Origin: Escherichia coli
GTDB taxonomy: Bacteria; Pseudomonadota; Gammaproteobacteria; Enterobacterales; Enterobacteriaceae
Length of the DNA stretch: 64,000 bases
Direction: 5' to 3' (one strand)
NCBI RefSeq assembly: GCF_045037415.1
Contig: NZ_CP173438.1
Position numbers and translations under genes: made by a program. The first letter of the stretch is position 1. Each line of letters starts with the position of its first letter. The notes beneath the pieces are model-generated. The model worked only from the letters and a program-made list of their open reading frames with translations, was not told where the DNA came from and did no database searches. This document shows, in pieces, positions 10,579-19,405 of the stretch.

Positions 10579-13023
10579 TTACACCTTTTCAACCTGAACA
10601 AGGTTTGTATGTGACGGATTCCCCTTAGCGAGAGGAGACGGACGTTGAGTGGTCAGTACGTTAATACAACCGCCCTTATCGACACGTTTTGTATCCGGGT
10701 CATACCAGGCACCTTCACCCAGTGCGACCACACCCGGCATCATTCGTGGCGTCACTTTCGCCTCAATATGAACCTCACCACGATCGTTAAAGATCCTGAC
10801 TTTATCGCCGTTGTTGATACCGCGTTTTTGCGCATCAAGCGGGTTGATCCACATTTCCTGACGGCAAGCTGCTTTCAGCACATCAACGTTGCCGTAAGTT
10901 GAGTGAACGCGAGATTTATAGTGGAAACCCGTAAGCTGCAGCGGATACTGTTTGTTCAGCGGATCCTGATAACTTTCAAAACCCGGCGTATAGATCGGCA
11001 GTGGATCGATCACATCACCTTCTGGCAATTCCCAGGTAGCGGCAATGTCAGCCAGCGCCTGCGAATAAATCTCAATTTTCCCCGATGGCGTGGTCAGTGG
11101 ATTTGCCTGCGGATCTTCACGGAAAGCTTTATAAGCAACGTGATGCCCTTGTGGGTCGCGCTTTTTAAAAATCCCCTGCTTACGGAACTCTTCAAACGTT
11201 GGCAGTTCAGGAATCGCTTCCCGCGACTGGGCATACAGATGCCGCATCCACTCTTCCTGGGTACGGCCCTCAGTAAACTGTTGCTCAACGCCAAGACGTT
11301 TTGCCAGTTCGCTGGTCATTTCATAGATGGTCTTACATTCAAAGCGCGGTTTAATCACCTGATCGTTGAAAATCACGTAAGACATATTCCCGCAGGATGC
11401 ATCCAGTGCAAAGTCCATCTGTTCTGAAGCGGTGCAGTCAGGCAGCAGGATGTCAGCATATTTCGCCGATGAGGTCATGTGGCAGTCGATAACCACAATC
11501 AGCTCGCACTTCTTATCATCCTGAAGGATTTCATGGGTACGGTTGATTTCAGAATGCTGGTTAATCAGGCAGTTACCGGCATAGTTCCAGATCATTTTGA
11601 TCGGCACATCCAGCTTATCTTTCCCGCGCACACCATCACGCAGCGCTGTCATTTCCGGGCCACGTTCAATGGCATCGGTCCACATAAACATCGAAATGCT
11701 GGTCTGGATCGGGTTTTCGAGGGTCGGCATACGGACAAACGGTAAGCTGTATGAACCTTCACGCGCGCCGCTGTTGCCTCCGTTAATACCAACGTTACCG
11801 GTCAGAATCGCCAGCATCGAGATAGCACGGGTTGCGATTTCACCGTTAGCGTGACGCTGCGGGCCCCATCCCTGGCTGATAAACGCCGGTTTGGTACTAC
11901 CGATTTCACGAGCCAATTTGATGATTTTGTCTGCCGGAACACCAGTGATTTGCGAGGCCCATTCCGGCGTTTTAGCCACGCCATCTGGCCCTTCACCCAG
12001 AATATAAGCTTTATAGTGACCATTTTTCGGCGCACTGGCTGGCAGTGTTTTCTCGTCGTAGCCAACGCAATATTTATCGAGGAATGCCTGATCCACCAGG
12101 TTTTCGGTGATCATGACATACGCCAGACCGTTAACCAGTGCGGCATCTGTTCCCGGACGAATAGGGATCCACTCATCTTCGCGCCCGGCACCGGTGTCGG
12201 TATAGCGCGGATCGATGATGATCATGCGAGCATTAGATTTCTGGCGCGCCTGTTCAAGATAGTAAGTCACCCCACCGCCACTCATTCGCGTTTCGCCAGG
12301 GTTATTACCAAACAGCACTACCAGTTTACTGTTTTCGATATCCGACGGGCTGTTACCATCTGCCCAGCCGCCGTAGGTATAGTTCAAACCTTCCGCAATT
12401 TGCGCGGAAGAGTAGTCACCGTAATGGTTCAGATAACCGCCGCAGCAGTTCATCAGGCGCGCGACCAGGGTATTTCCCGGCGGCCAGGAGCGGGTCATGG
12501 TGCCACCCAGCGTACCGGTGCCATAGTTCAGATAGATGGATTCGTTGCCGTACTCTTTGATCAGGCGCTGCATATTGGTCGCGATGATGTCGTAGGCTTC
12601 TTCCCAGCTAATGCGCTCGAATTTGCCTTCACCGCGCGCCCCGACTCGTTTCATCGGATATTTCAGGCGGTCGGGATTGTAAACGCGGCGACGCATGGAA
12701 CGACCACGCAGACAGGCGCGCACCTGGTGCAGGCCGTCATAGTTGTCATCGCCAGTATTATCCGTTTCAACATATTTGATTTCACCGTCCACGACGTGCA
12801 TACGTAGCGGGCAGCGACTACCACAGTTAACTGTACAGGCGCTCCAGATAACCTTTTCGTCTGATTTTGTTGGAATGGCGCTATCGACAGCGTGCGCAAT
12901 CCGACTAAAAGGTAATGTTAATGCGCTGCTGGCCATTGCCAGGCCGCCGATCGCTGTCGTTTTTACCAAACCACGGCGACTCACCTCAGCAGCCAATACC
13001 GCATCAGGGATTTTCGTTTTCAT
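10579..13023 (-). CDS. dmsA: DMSO reductase catalytic subunit (molybdopterin), Tat signal peptide
   Basis: 814 aa; N-terminal twin-arginine motif SRRGLVKT; molybdopterin oxidoreductase Cys motifs. Confidence 0.9.
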   Translation of the reverse strand: MKTKIPDAVLAAEVSRRGLVKTTAIGGLAMASSALTLPFSRIAHAVDSAIPTKSDEKVIWSACTVNCGSRCPLRMHVVDGEIKYVETDNTGDDNYDGLHQVRACLRGRSMRRRVYNPDRLKYPMKRVGARGEGKFERISWEEAYDIIATNMQRLIKEYGNESIYLNYGTGTLGGTMTRSWPPGNTLVARLMNCCGGYLNHYGDYSSAQIAEGLNYTYGGWADGNSPSDIENSKLVVLFGNNPGETRMSGGGVTYYLEQARQKSNARMIIIDPRYTDTGAGREDEWIPIRPGTDAALVNGLAYVMITENLVDQAFLDKYCVGYDEKTLPASAPKNGHYKAYILGEGPDGVAKTPEWASQITGVPADKIIKLAREIGSTKPAFISQGWGPQRHANGEIATRAISMLAILTGNVGINGGNSGAREGSYSLPFVRMPTLENPIQTSISMFMWTDAIERGPEMTALRDGVRGKDKLDVPIKMIWNYAGNCLINQHSEINRTHEILQDDKKCELIVVIDCHMTSSAKYADILLPDCTASEQMDFALDASCGNMSYVIFNDQVIKPRFECKTIYEMTSELAKRLGVEQQFTEGRTQEEWMRHLYAQSREAIPELPTFEEFRKQGIFKKRDPQGHHVAYKAFREDPQANPLTTPSGKIEIYSQALADIAATWELPEGDVIDPLPIYTPGFESYQDPLNKQYPLQLTGFHYKSRVHSTYGNVDVLKAACRQEMWINPLDAQKRGINNGDKVRIFNDRGEVHIEAKVTPRMMPGVVALGEGAWYDPDTKRVDKGGCINVLTTQRPSPLAKGNPSHTNLVQVEKV

Positions 13024-13193
13024 AATGGCTCACTCAAGCTTGCTCACGATTGATTCCAGTAACAAACCGTATTGTGTAATTATTTCTATAGCAGATCGCT
13101 ATATAGGCTTGTATACATCGAATAATTTGAAAATCAAAGAGATAGGTGGATTTTCACTCGAAAGTAGTATTACTTGTAAGTGAGGAGTAATTA

Positions 13194-13207
13194 TTGTTCG
13201 GTATCAA
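13194..13207. promoter_or_regulatory. FNR-type site (TTGtT-N4-ATCAA) upstream of dmsA
   Basis: ttgttcggtatcaa about 170 bp upstream of the dmsA start; dmsABC is a classical FNR-activated operon; the site lies 13 bp outside the prophage attL core. Confidence 0.45.
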
Positions 13208-13219
13208 AGGGAGACAAAA

Positions 13220-13239
13220 AAAGCGCCCGCAGGCGCTTT
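13220..13239. repeat. attL core (20-bp direct repeat aaagcgcccgcaggcgcttt)
   Basis: Exact copy of the sequence at 51877..51896; contains the gcgcccgcaggcgc terminator palindrome. Confidence 0.8.
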
Positions 13240-13322
13240 AACGTTTCTTGCCCCTCCTGATGATTTACTTATTTTTCAACGAATAAGCCAAAACAGGGGG
13301 AACAAATTAACACAAATTATAA

Positions 13323-14315
13323 CTAATCGATGGACAGTTTATGGACACTTTCAGCCAGCGGATTAAAGTTGATCGCGTCCAGTAAAAAGTCCGGCGAAAA
13401 ATGAGCGTACGTCATTGTTTGCTGAATCGTTGCGTGCCCCAGGATTCGTTGCAACGTAACAATATTTCCGCCATTCATCATAAAGTGTGTGGCAAATGTA
13501 TGACGCATGACATGCGTAGCCTGCCCCTTCGGCAAATCCGGTTTCACCTCCTGAAGAATCTCCCGGAACTTCAGATAATCAACCTGATACAATAACCCCG
13601 TTCGACGGGTTTTAATCAGAGGCACGACCGAATCCGCCACAGGAACCGAACGGGATTTTCCGTTTTTGGTGTTAAAGAACGTCACCCGGTTGCCAACGAT
13701 ATGCTCTCCACGTAGTTCCGATGCTTCACTCCATCGGGCACCAGTAGAAAGACACAGAATGGCAACACGACGCACATCACCCTCCAGTCGCTCAAGAAGC
13801 CGTTCAATCTCATCATCAGAAAGAAAGGCCATCTCTGTGTTCTGAACTTTCAGTTTTCGTATACCGCGTACAGGGTTCGCGTTGTGAAAGACCTCAGCTT
13901 CAATCAGCACCGTGAACATGGTAGACAGTACGCATAAGTCACGATTAATACTGGACGGCATTAATCCGGCCTGTAATTTCTCTGACCGATATTCAAGCAT
14001 AAATTTTCGCGTCATCTGACTGGCGCGAGGATCTCCCATTTCACGAACAACCTTCCCTAGCCTAACCCTGTAGCTATCCCCGTAAGCCTGATTACGCCCA
14101 TCAAGCATCCACCACGCATCAAGCAGCTCTGATAATCGCCGCTGATCAGCTGGCTTAGCCTGCCATGGCTTGTCATGAAAGTTCTGTAACACATACTTCT
14201 CAAACTCCTGAGCCTTTGATTTCAGGGCAAAGATTTTTCGAATCCGCTTTCCTTCCGCCCCCTGCGGTCTGACATCGACCTGATAACGTCCGTCTTTGAG
14301 TTGCTTAATCGACAT
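13323..14315 (-). CDS. int: P2-type tyrosine integrase
   Basis: ORF 13323..14330 trimmed to MSIKQLKDGRYQVDVRP...; closely parallels the recalled P2 Int (MAIKKLDDGRYEVDIRP...), with ILCLSTGARW, HVMRHTFATHF and LGHATIQQTMTYAHF catalytic motifs. Confidence 0.9.
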   Translation of the reverse strand: MSIKQLKDGRYQVDVRPQGAEGKRIRKIFALKSKAQEFEKYVLQNFHDKPWQAKPADQRRLSELLDAWWMLDGRNQAYGDSYRVRLGKVVREMGDPRASQMTRKFMLEYRSEKLQAGLMPSSINRDLCVLSTMFTVLIEAEVFHNANPVRGIRKLKVQNTEMAFLSDDEIERLLERLEGDVRRVAILCLSTGARWSEASELRGEHIVGNRVTFFNTKNGKSRSVPVADSVVPLIKTRRTGLLYQVDYLKFREILQEVKPDLPKGQATHVMRHTFATHFMMNGGNIVTLQRILGHATIQQTMTYAHFSPDFLLDAINFNPLAESVHKLSID

Positions 14316-14384
14316 GATTAGCCCCTCCAACGGATAAATTAACTAAACACTCCTTGCGATATGTAATTCGCTCAATGTGTAGAG

Positions 14385-14726
14385 TCAGCCAACATTGCGG
14401 CCTGATCGGGGTGATTTTTGGGTAATACCGATTGAAACCTGATCGCCCTCCGACTGAATAGATCCATCAAGAGAGAGAGCCGGAGCAATCTGCCCGGCGA
14501 CAGGTAGCGTCTTATCTTTTATTAGCCACAGCATGTATTTTTCAAAGCGATCGACTTGCAGAACCGCCTCAACGATTTTTGCTCTAGCGTTCTTTTGCCC
14601 CGATTCGTAATTCCTTATGGTTGCCAAAGACAACCCAGTAATATCCGCAAACTGCTTTTGTGTTAACCCTTCCGCCTTACGTATCTGACGTAACTTTTTT
14701 GCGTAGTCTATTGACAAGATAACCAT
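14385..14726 (-). CDS. P2 C-like immunity repressor (HTH)
   Basis: ORF 14385..14780 trimmed to MVILSIDYAKKLRQIRKAEGLTQKQFADITGLSLATIRNYESGQ...; C-terminal GQIAPALS motif resembles recalled P2 C; divergent from the early operon. Confidence 0.75.
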   Translation of the reverse strand: MVILSIDYAKKLRQIRKAEGLTQKQFADITGLSLATIRNYESGQKNARAKIVEAVLQVDRFEKYMLWLIKDKTLPVAGQIAPALSLDGSIQSEGDQVSIGITQKSPRSGRNVG

Positions 14727-14830
14727 TTGAGTATTAACCTCTCGCACAAAGATAACCTTTTGGTTATCTTTACAAGCCAAAACAAACCATCACAAGGCGC
14801 GACAAGCGCACCAACGCAAGAGGATAACAA

Positions 14831-15352
14831 ATGCGGGACTTCATTGCCGATAAAGAGTTATCTGACCACCAACCACTTCAGGAAAGTGACGCACTCAGCG
14901 GATCCATTGATGCCGCCAACGACGACGAGCACGAAGAAAACAAGAAAAAGCGTTCCTACAAAAAAGGAGCGACTTTGCGGCTGGATGGTCCGATCGCCGG
15001 GCTTTGCTCTCTGGAAAAAGGCGCGGCATATATTGGGCTAACAAAATCTGCACTGCGCGTAGCCATTCATCGCGGTCAAATGCCGGGACACAAGACGCGC
15101 ACAAACCCGGAAGATGAAAACTCAGACGGAGTATGGTGGTTTAACGCCAAAGAGTGGGACAAGTTGGCTGATGAGCTACCAGAGCACGAGCCCCCAGAAT
15201 GGCACAACTGGAAAAGTTACTGGACGTATGACCGCCAGAAAAGGAAGTTCTCTCCAGCTAATAAAGAAGACTGCCAGACCATTAACGGTAAGCGAGTTTA
15301 TACAGGCAGAAGCTCAAAACTGGACCAACTCAGAAACAACAGAGGCAACTAA
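14831..15352 (+). CDS. Early HTH protein, possible Cox/excisionase-like regulator; start uncertain
   Basis: Contains helix-turn-helix-like segment AYIGLTKSALRVAIHRGQMPG; first gene divergent from the repressor. Confidence 0.4.
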   Translation: MRDFIADKELSDHQPLQESDALSGSIDAANDDEHEENKKKRSYKKGATLRLDGPIAGLCSLEKGAAYIGLTKSALRVAIHRGQMPGHKTRTNPEDENSDGVWWFNAKEWDKLADELPEHEPPEWHNWKSYWTYDRQKRKFSPANKEDCQTINGKRVYTGRSSKLDQLRNNRGN

Positions 15353-15356
15353 TCGT

Positions 15357-15779
15357 ATGAAAACAAACACGTCAGATTTCACAATAACTATTTCAAAAAA
15401 TGACCAAGCATTAATTGATAACCTGAAATACCTTGCGGAAAAACATAATAACGGACGAATTGCAATTAATTTACGACACATCACAGGAGTAACAATTGTA
15501 ACCAGTTACTGGCATCTATATCTAATCGCTAAATCAGTACTTGAAAACAAAGATTCTGTTGTCAATGGAAGAGATATAGATACTCTTCCTGCACAAATCA
15601 AACCGATAGCCTATCAATTGCGTAATCGTTTTAAAAATGAAGGTGGGATTATATTTGACTTTCCCGCAGCTGTAGCCGTGAGCTTCTCTCGGGGGGATAT
15701 ACTTCACTCATTTCGTTTTGCTCTATCAGGTGACGAGACATTATGGCAGCTAGAAGATGCCGGGAGCAGCCCGGCATAA
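15357..15779 (+). CDS. Hypothetical protein, AT-rich cargo gene
   Basis: ATG at 15357 (MKTNTSDFTITISKNDQALIDNLKYLAEKH...), about 140 aa; visibly lower GC than neighbours; no motif recognised. Confidence 0.45.
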   Translation: MKTNTSDFTITISKNDQALIDNLKYLAEKHNNGRIAINLRHITGVTIVTSYWHLYLIAKSVLENKDSVVNGRDIDTLPAQIKPIAYQLRNRFKNEGGIIFDFPAAVAVSFSRGDILHSFRFALSGDETLWQLEDAGSSPA

Positions 15780-15785
15780 ATCAAA

Positions 15786-15977
15786 TTAAAAATCAACCAG
15801 TTGTGTGACAGGTGGGTATTTACGCTGAATTTTGTCAGTTACTAACGCCAGTAATATATGAATCTCTGTGTTTAATGCGTCTTTATCACCCGTCGTTTTT
15901 ACCCTGGGAGGGTTAATGTTATCCAGAGCAGCACTAAGTTCACTCAACAAATTAACAACTTTTTTATCTTCTGACAT
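15786..15977 (-). CDS. Hypothetical small protein (63 aa), convergent with the preceding gene
   Basis: ATG at 15977 preceded by RBS aagagg; MSEDKKVVNLLSELSAALDNINPPRVKTTGDKDAL... Confidence 0.4.
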   Translation of the reverse strand: MSEDKKVVNLLSELSAALDNINPPRVKTTGDKDALNTEIHILLALVTDKIQRKYPPVTQLVDF

Positions 15978-16114
15978 GAAAACCTCTTAACAATTTAATT
16001 AAACATAAGCCAGGACCTGAACCGGCCAGTCCAAGTCCTAGACACACAAAAAAAATACCACAAATCAATACAAGGTGACACGAGTACACCTTACCGAAGG
16101 TACAGAGTTTTAAT

Positions 16115-16465
16115 ATGAAACTACAGCGCAATTCTTCACAGCAGCGCTTCCGCAACGGTGCGGAACGCCATGCTAACCGTTTCGCTACCAGTGCATCACG
16201 TAGCAACTCTCGCTACAGCCTGAGCGAAACACACGCAACGCCGGATGGCTACCCAGTAAAACAAATTGGTGAACACACTTGGCTGATTGAAAAAGCAGGA
16301 ATCGTGGTTCACAGATGCCAGCGCAACCCATTTACCGGAAACCGCATTTTTGCACTGAGCAACGGCGACAATCAGTTCGGGCAGGATTTCACATTATACG
16401 AAGCACTTCGCACGGTTGATCGTCTGCTTCACGGGCAAAGTTTTATTAAACAGGCTGATTTATAA
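16115..16465 (+). CDS. Hypothetical phage early protein
   Basis: 116-aa ORF, first gene of a co-oriented early array running to gene A. Confidence 0.45.
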   Translation: MKLQRNSSQQRFRNGAERHANRFATSASRSNSRYSLSETHATPDGYPVKQIGEHTWLIEKAGIVVHRCQRNPFTGNRIFALSNGDNQFGQDFTLYEALRTVDRLLHGQSFIKQADL

Positions 16466-16475
16466 CAGGTGCTTT

Positions 16476-16754
16476 ATGACCAAAGAGCATGCACAAGGTG
16501 TATTTATCCGTTTTATTGATTTTCGCGGTGAACTGTTATTACGCGCATCAGCCATTGACGGAGTTGTTCCATCCGAAAAAAATGCAGCTACTTACGTTTA
16601 TCTGAACGGCACGCGCCTGACCGTAGAACTTCCGTACCAGACTGTACACGAAATCATTAGCGAAGCGGAAAAAGCACGTAAGACTAATGGCGATGAACCC
16701 TATATCGAAATTATTTGTATGGATTCAGAAGCAGAAATTCAGAAAGCAGATTAA
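16476..16754 (+). CDS. Hypothetical phage early protein
   Basis: ATG 16476 (MTKEHAQGVFIRFIDFRGELLLRASAIDGV...), 92 aa. Confidence 0.45.
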   Translation: MTKEHAQGVFIRFIDFRGELLLRASAIDGVVPSEKNAATYVYLNGTRLTVELPYQTVHEIISEAEKARKTNGDEPYIEIICMDSEAEIQKAD

Positions 16755-16765
16755 AGGGCGTTGCG

Positions 16766-17008
16766 ATGGGCAAAGAATATAAAACTCTCATTAACAAAGC
16801 ACTTGAGCGTTTTTATTTTCGCTTAAGTGCATCAGGCGCTCATGCTGAACGTGCAGCCCGTGACTCATTGACCAGGGCAATCCGGAGTCTGTATGACGTG
16901 GCTTTTTACGCTGATGATCTGGATGCACTTAACGAACTTTCCGAGCTGATCTGTGCCGCAGAATGCGGGGAACATATTGAACCGTATAAGCTGGGGAATA
17001 TCGCATGA
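16766..17008 (+). CDS. Hypothetical phage early protein
   Basis: ATG 16766 (MGKEYKTLINKALERFYFRLSASGAHAERAARD...), 80 aa. Confidence 0.4.
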   Translation: MGKEYKTLINKALERFYFRLSASGAHAERAARDSLTRAIRSLYDVAFYADDLDALNELSELICAAECGEHIEPYKLGNIA

Positions 17009-17118
17009 GTATATTTATGTCATGGATTGTTCTGATTATTTCAGTGGTCTGCGCAATTGGCATTGTGCGAATTATTCATTCAGTAAAAAAGATTGAACGT
17101 TTTTTCACTGGTGAATAA
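17005..17118 (+). CDS. Small hydrophobic peptide (37 aa, single TM)
   Basis: ATGA overlap with the preceding stop; MSIFMSWIVLIISVVCAIGIVRIIHSVKKIERFFTGE; below the ORF-track length cut-off. Confidence 0.3.
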   Translation: MSIFMSWIVLIISVVCAIGIVRIIHSVKKIERFFTGE

Positions 17119-17211
17119 CGATACAAATAAAACATCAAATTAAATAAGAAAACGTGAAAACCATCCGTATTAACGGAGGTATTCGCACACGCAAATAACG
17201 GAGATACAAAA

Positions 17212-17622
17212 ATGCACGCAAAAGAAGAAGGTATCATCAGAGCACTGAAAGAAATTTCAAAGACAGAAAACGAAGTAGCGAAAAAAGCCATAGCAAATAA
17301 TCATATGGACGTCGCAACCCACACACTGATAGTCGCAAGAGTCACGGCAGAAGCAGCCGAAATTATCGCAAAACAGGATGCTGAACTGGCGGTTCTCAGA
17401 ACACAACCAGTCACCGGACTGGATTTGTCTAACACCGGACGCCTTATTTACACAATTGGCTCGGAGCTACAGCGATACACCATTATCGCCGGGTTACAGG
17501 ATAAATACCTGATCACTCCTCACCCCATAAGGGAATCAGAAATTCTGACAAATCTCCGCCTGATAGAGCGCTCTCAAGTCGCATTCATTGATGACGCACA
17601 GTGCACCGTATTTAACGCATAG
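17212..17622 (+). CDS. Hypothetical phage early protein
   Basis: 136-aa ORF with upstream aacggaga RBS-like sequence. Confidence 0.45.
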   Translation: MHAKEEGIIRALKEISKTENEVAKKAIANNHMDVATHTLIVARVTAEAAEIIAKQDAELAVLRTQPVTGLDLSNTGRLIYTIGSELQRYTIIAGLQDKYLITPHPIRESEILTNLRLIERSQVAFIDDAQCTVFNA

Positions 17623-17645
17623 AGTTACTGGACAAAGGGGGCGCA

Positions 17646-17849
17646 ATGGCAATTAAGCATTTTCCCGTCGTTCGCTTTACCTCCAGAGGGCGCGAATACG
17701 AGGTCGACGAACGCCTGATTACCACTATCGACAAACATCGTTCGGAAAAGGATGCACACCACATCTACCTCACTGACGGCACTTACTTCTGCGCCACTAA
17801 TGTGGCGCGGGTAAACCTTATCCGACAGGTACAGGAGCCACGCAGATGA
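17646..17849 (+). CDS. Hypothetical phage early protein
   Basis: 67-aa ORF with upstream RBS aaaggggg; ATGA-coupled to the next gene. Confidence 0.4.
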   Translation: MAIKHFPVVRFTSRGREYEVDERLITTIDKHRSEKDAHHIYLTDGTYFCATNVARVNLIRQVQEPRR

Positions 17850-18112
17850 CCATTCTGGACTACATCGCTACTCATCCGGGGTGTAGCGGCGGAGAGATCG
17901 CCGCAGCACTGAATACTCCAACCACAGCCATTAATGCTGAGTTACGCCAACTTTGGCGCGGCGGCTTAGTCATCAGAACAAACCGCAGCACAGGTGGTCG
18001 CGCTCGCAAAACTGGAGGCCAGGCTTCTTACCACGTAAACCCGATGCCGTTCGGGTGTAGCAATCCACTTACTCACATGTTTAACCAGCTACTGAAGGAA
18101 GCCAGAACATGA
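17846..18112 (+). CDS. Winged-helix DNA-binding protein
   Basis: MTILDYIATHPGCSGGEIAAALNTPTTAINAELRQLWRGGLVIRTNRS... is a wHTH-like pattern; translationally coupled to its neighbours. Confidence 0.45.
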   Translation: MTILDYIATHPGCSGGEIAAALNTPTTAINAELRQLWRGGLVIRTNRSTGGRARKTGGQASYHVNPMPFGCSNPLTHMFNQLLKEART

Positions 18113-18408
18113 GCACCATCAACCACCAGAAGCTACGCGAACTGGCATTTGCCCTGCAACGAATGGCAACACCTCAAAAATTACTGGCATTTCGCGCAAT
18201 GCTCTCGCCGTCTGCTGCGCTGGCATTGCTGGATGAGCTGGAGCACGCCAGAACCACGGCTCCTGCCATTCGCCTGACGCTCCATCATGAAATCGCTGAT
18301 TTCTGCGCGACATTGGAGGTGCCAGGCGAACCGGAAACGCCGGAAGCAATACAGCAAGAGCTGCTGCAACGTATTGACAAGGTTTTTGATTTTTTTCTGA
18401 ACCAGTAA
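18109..18408 (+). CDS. Hypothetical phage early protein
   Basis: 99-aa ORF with ATGA overlap to the upstream gene. Confidence 0.4.
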   Translation: MSTINHQKLRELAFALQRMATPQKLLAFRAMLSPSAALALLDELEHARTTAPAIRLTLHHEIADFCATLEVPGEPETPEAIQQELLQRIDKVFDFFLNQ

Positions 18409-18730
18409 GAAACCAGAGCATGCACACACAAAAAAACCGCTTGCCATGCCGCAATCAGTCAGGTTACATTTCCGCTGCACCTCATAAAACGGGTGCCGGG
18501 TTTCGCAGCCTGCTGACTACACAAGCGCACAACCGCGCCAGCGGTTTTTTTGTGCGTACTGTATTGCCACGTTTTTTTCGCGTCAGAATTATGGCGGGGC
18601 GTACGGGGCCGACTTCGGTCGGGCCGGGTTCTTGTGTAGCCGGTACTGCGAACCTCGTACGTCTCGCCACCCACAGTTTCGCAGCTCTGGATGGTGAGTT
18701 TTCACAACTTACTACACAAGGGGCCACACC

Positions 18731-18961
18731 ATGGCAAACCGCAAACAGCACCGCGCTATCGCGGAGCGTCGTCACATCCAGACTGAAATCAACCGCAGAC
18801 TTTCCCGCGCATCACGCGTCGCGCAAATCATGCACATCAATATGCTGCATGAGCGCAGCCACGCACTATCAAACATTTATTCCGCCTCTGTTTTCAGCTA
18901 TCTGGCGGATGATCTGCACGAGCTTCAACAGCTCATCCAGCAGCAAAACAAACTCCATTAA
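18731..18961 (+). CDS. Hypothetical phage early protein
   Basis: 76-aa ORF after a 300-bp structured noncoding stretch. Confidence 0.35.
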   Translation: MANRKQHRAIAERRHIQTEINRRLSRASRVAQIMHINMLHERSHALSNIYSASVFSYLADDLHELQQLIQQQNKLH

Positions 18962-19033
18962 TTCCTGTTCCGGGCCTTTCCTGCACCTTGCGGCGGGAGG
19001 CCTTCGCACATCTGTAACAAGAGGATTGCCGCA

Positions 19034-19399
19034 ATGATTCTCGCCAACGACTTTCTTGAATACCTGCTCAATACAGAACGTGATCTTGCCGCTCGCGTGC
19101 GTGATCGTTATGACATGTACCTGAAATCCCTGCCTGTACCGCAGCTCGCTGACGGAAAGATTGTTATTGATGGTCGCTACATGATTGACAGCCACGAGGG
19201 AAATTACAGGCTTTACCGCATTGAAGGTGGCACCCCGTCCGTTATTGGCATTTACCAGCGCCCATCCTCTGCAATCGTCGATGTGATTGCCGACAGCATC
19301 CGCATCACACATCGCCATGCCGACACAGAAGACACCGTGCTGGAAATTCAGCGGCTGGCTACAGTCTGCCGCGACACCCTGAATGGCATGACGAAGTAA
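19034..19399 (+). CDS. Hypothetical phage early protein, immediately upstream of gene A
   Basis: 121-aa ORF; position is analogous to P2 B or the orf80-83 group. Confidence 0.4.
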   Translation: MILANDFLEYLLNTERDLAARVRDRYDMYLKSLPVPQLADGKIVIDGRYMIDSHEGNYRLYRIEGGTPSVIGIYQRPSSAIVDVIADSIRITHRHADTEDTVLEIQRLATVCRDTLNGMTK

Positions 19400-19405
19400 A
19401 TCACT

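Noticed and set aside
10903-12807. Several 170-320 aa ORFs on the + strand inside dmsA
   Set aside because: They overlap the well-supported dmsA frame and have Arg/His/Phe-rich low-complexity translations; treated as frame shadows.
13195-13245. The gcgcccgcaggcgc palindrome considered as a REP-type element or a tRNA-derived att site
   Set aside because: It occurs exactly twice, at the two prophage ends in direct orientation, and the right copy is the serS terminator; no tRNA-like structure is adjacent.
14727-15104. Overlapping ORFs 14727..15041 (+) and 14895..15104 (-) in the repressor / early-gene divergent region
   Set aside because: They overlap the better-supported HTH ORF 14831..15352 in other frames and have low-complexity translations.
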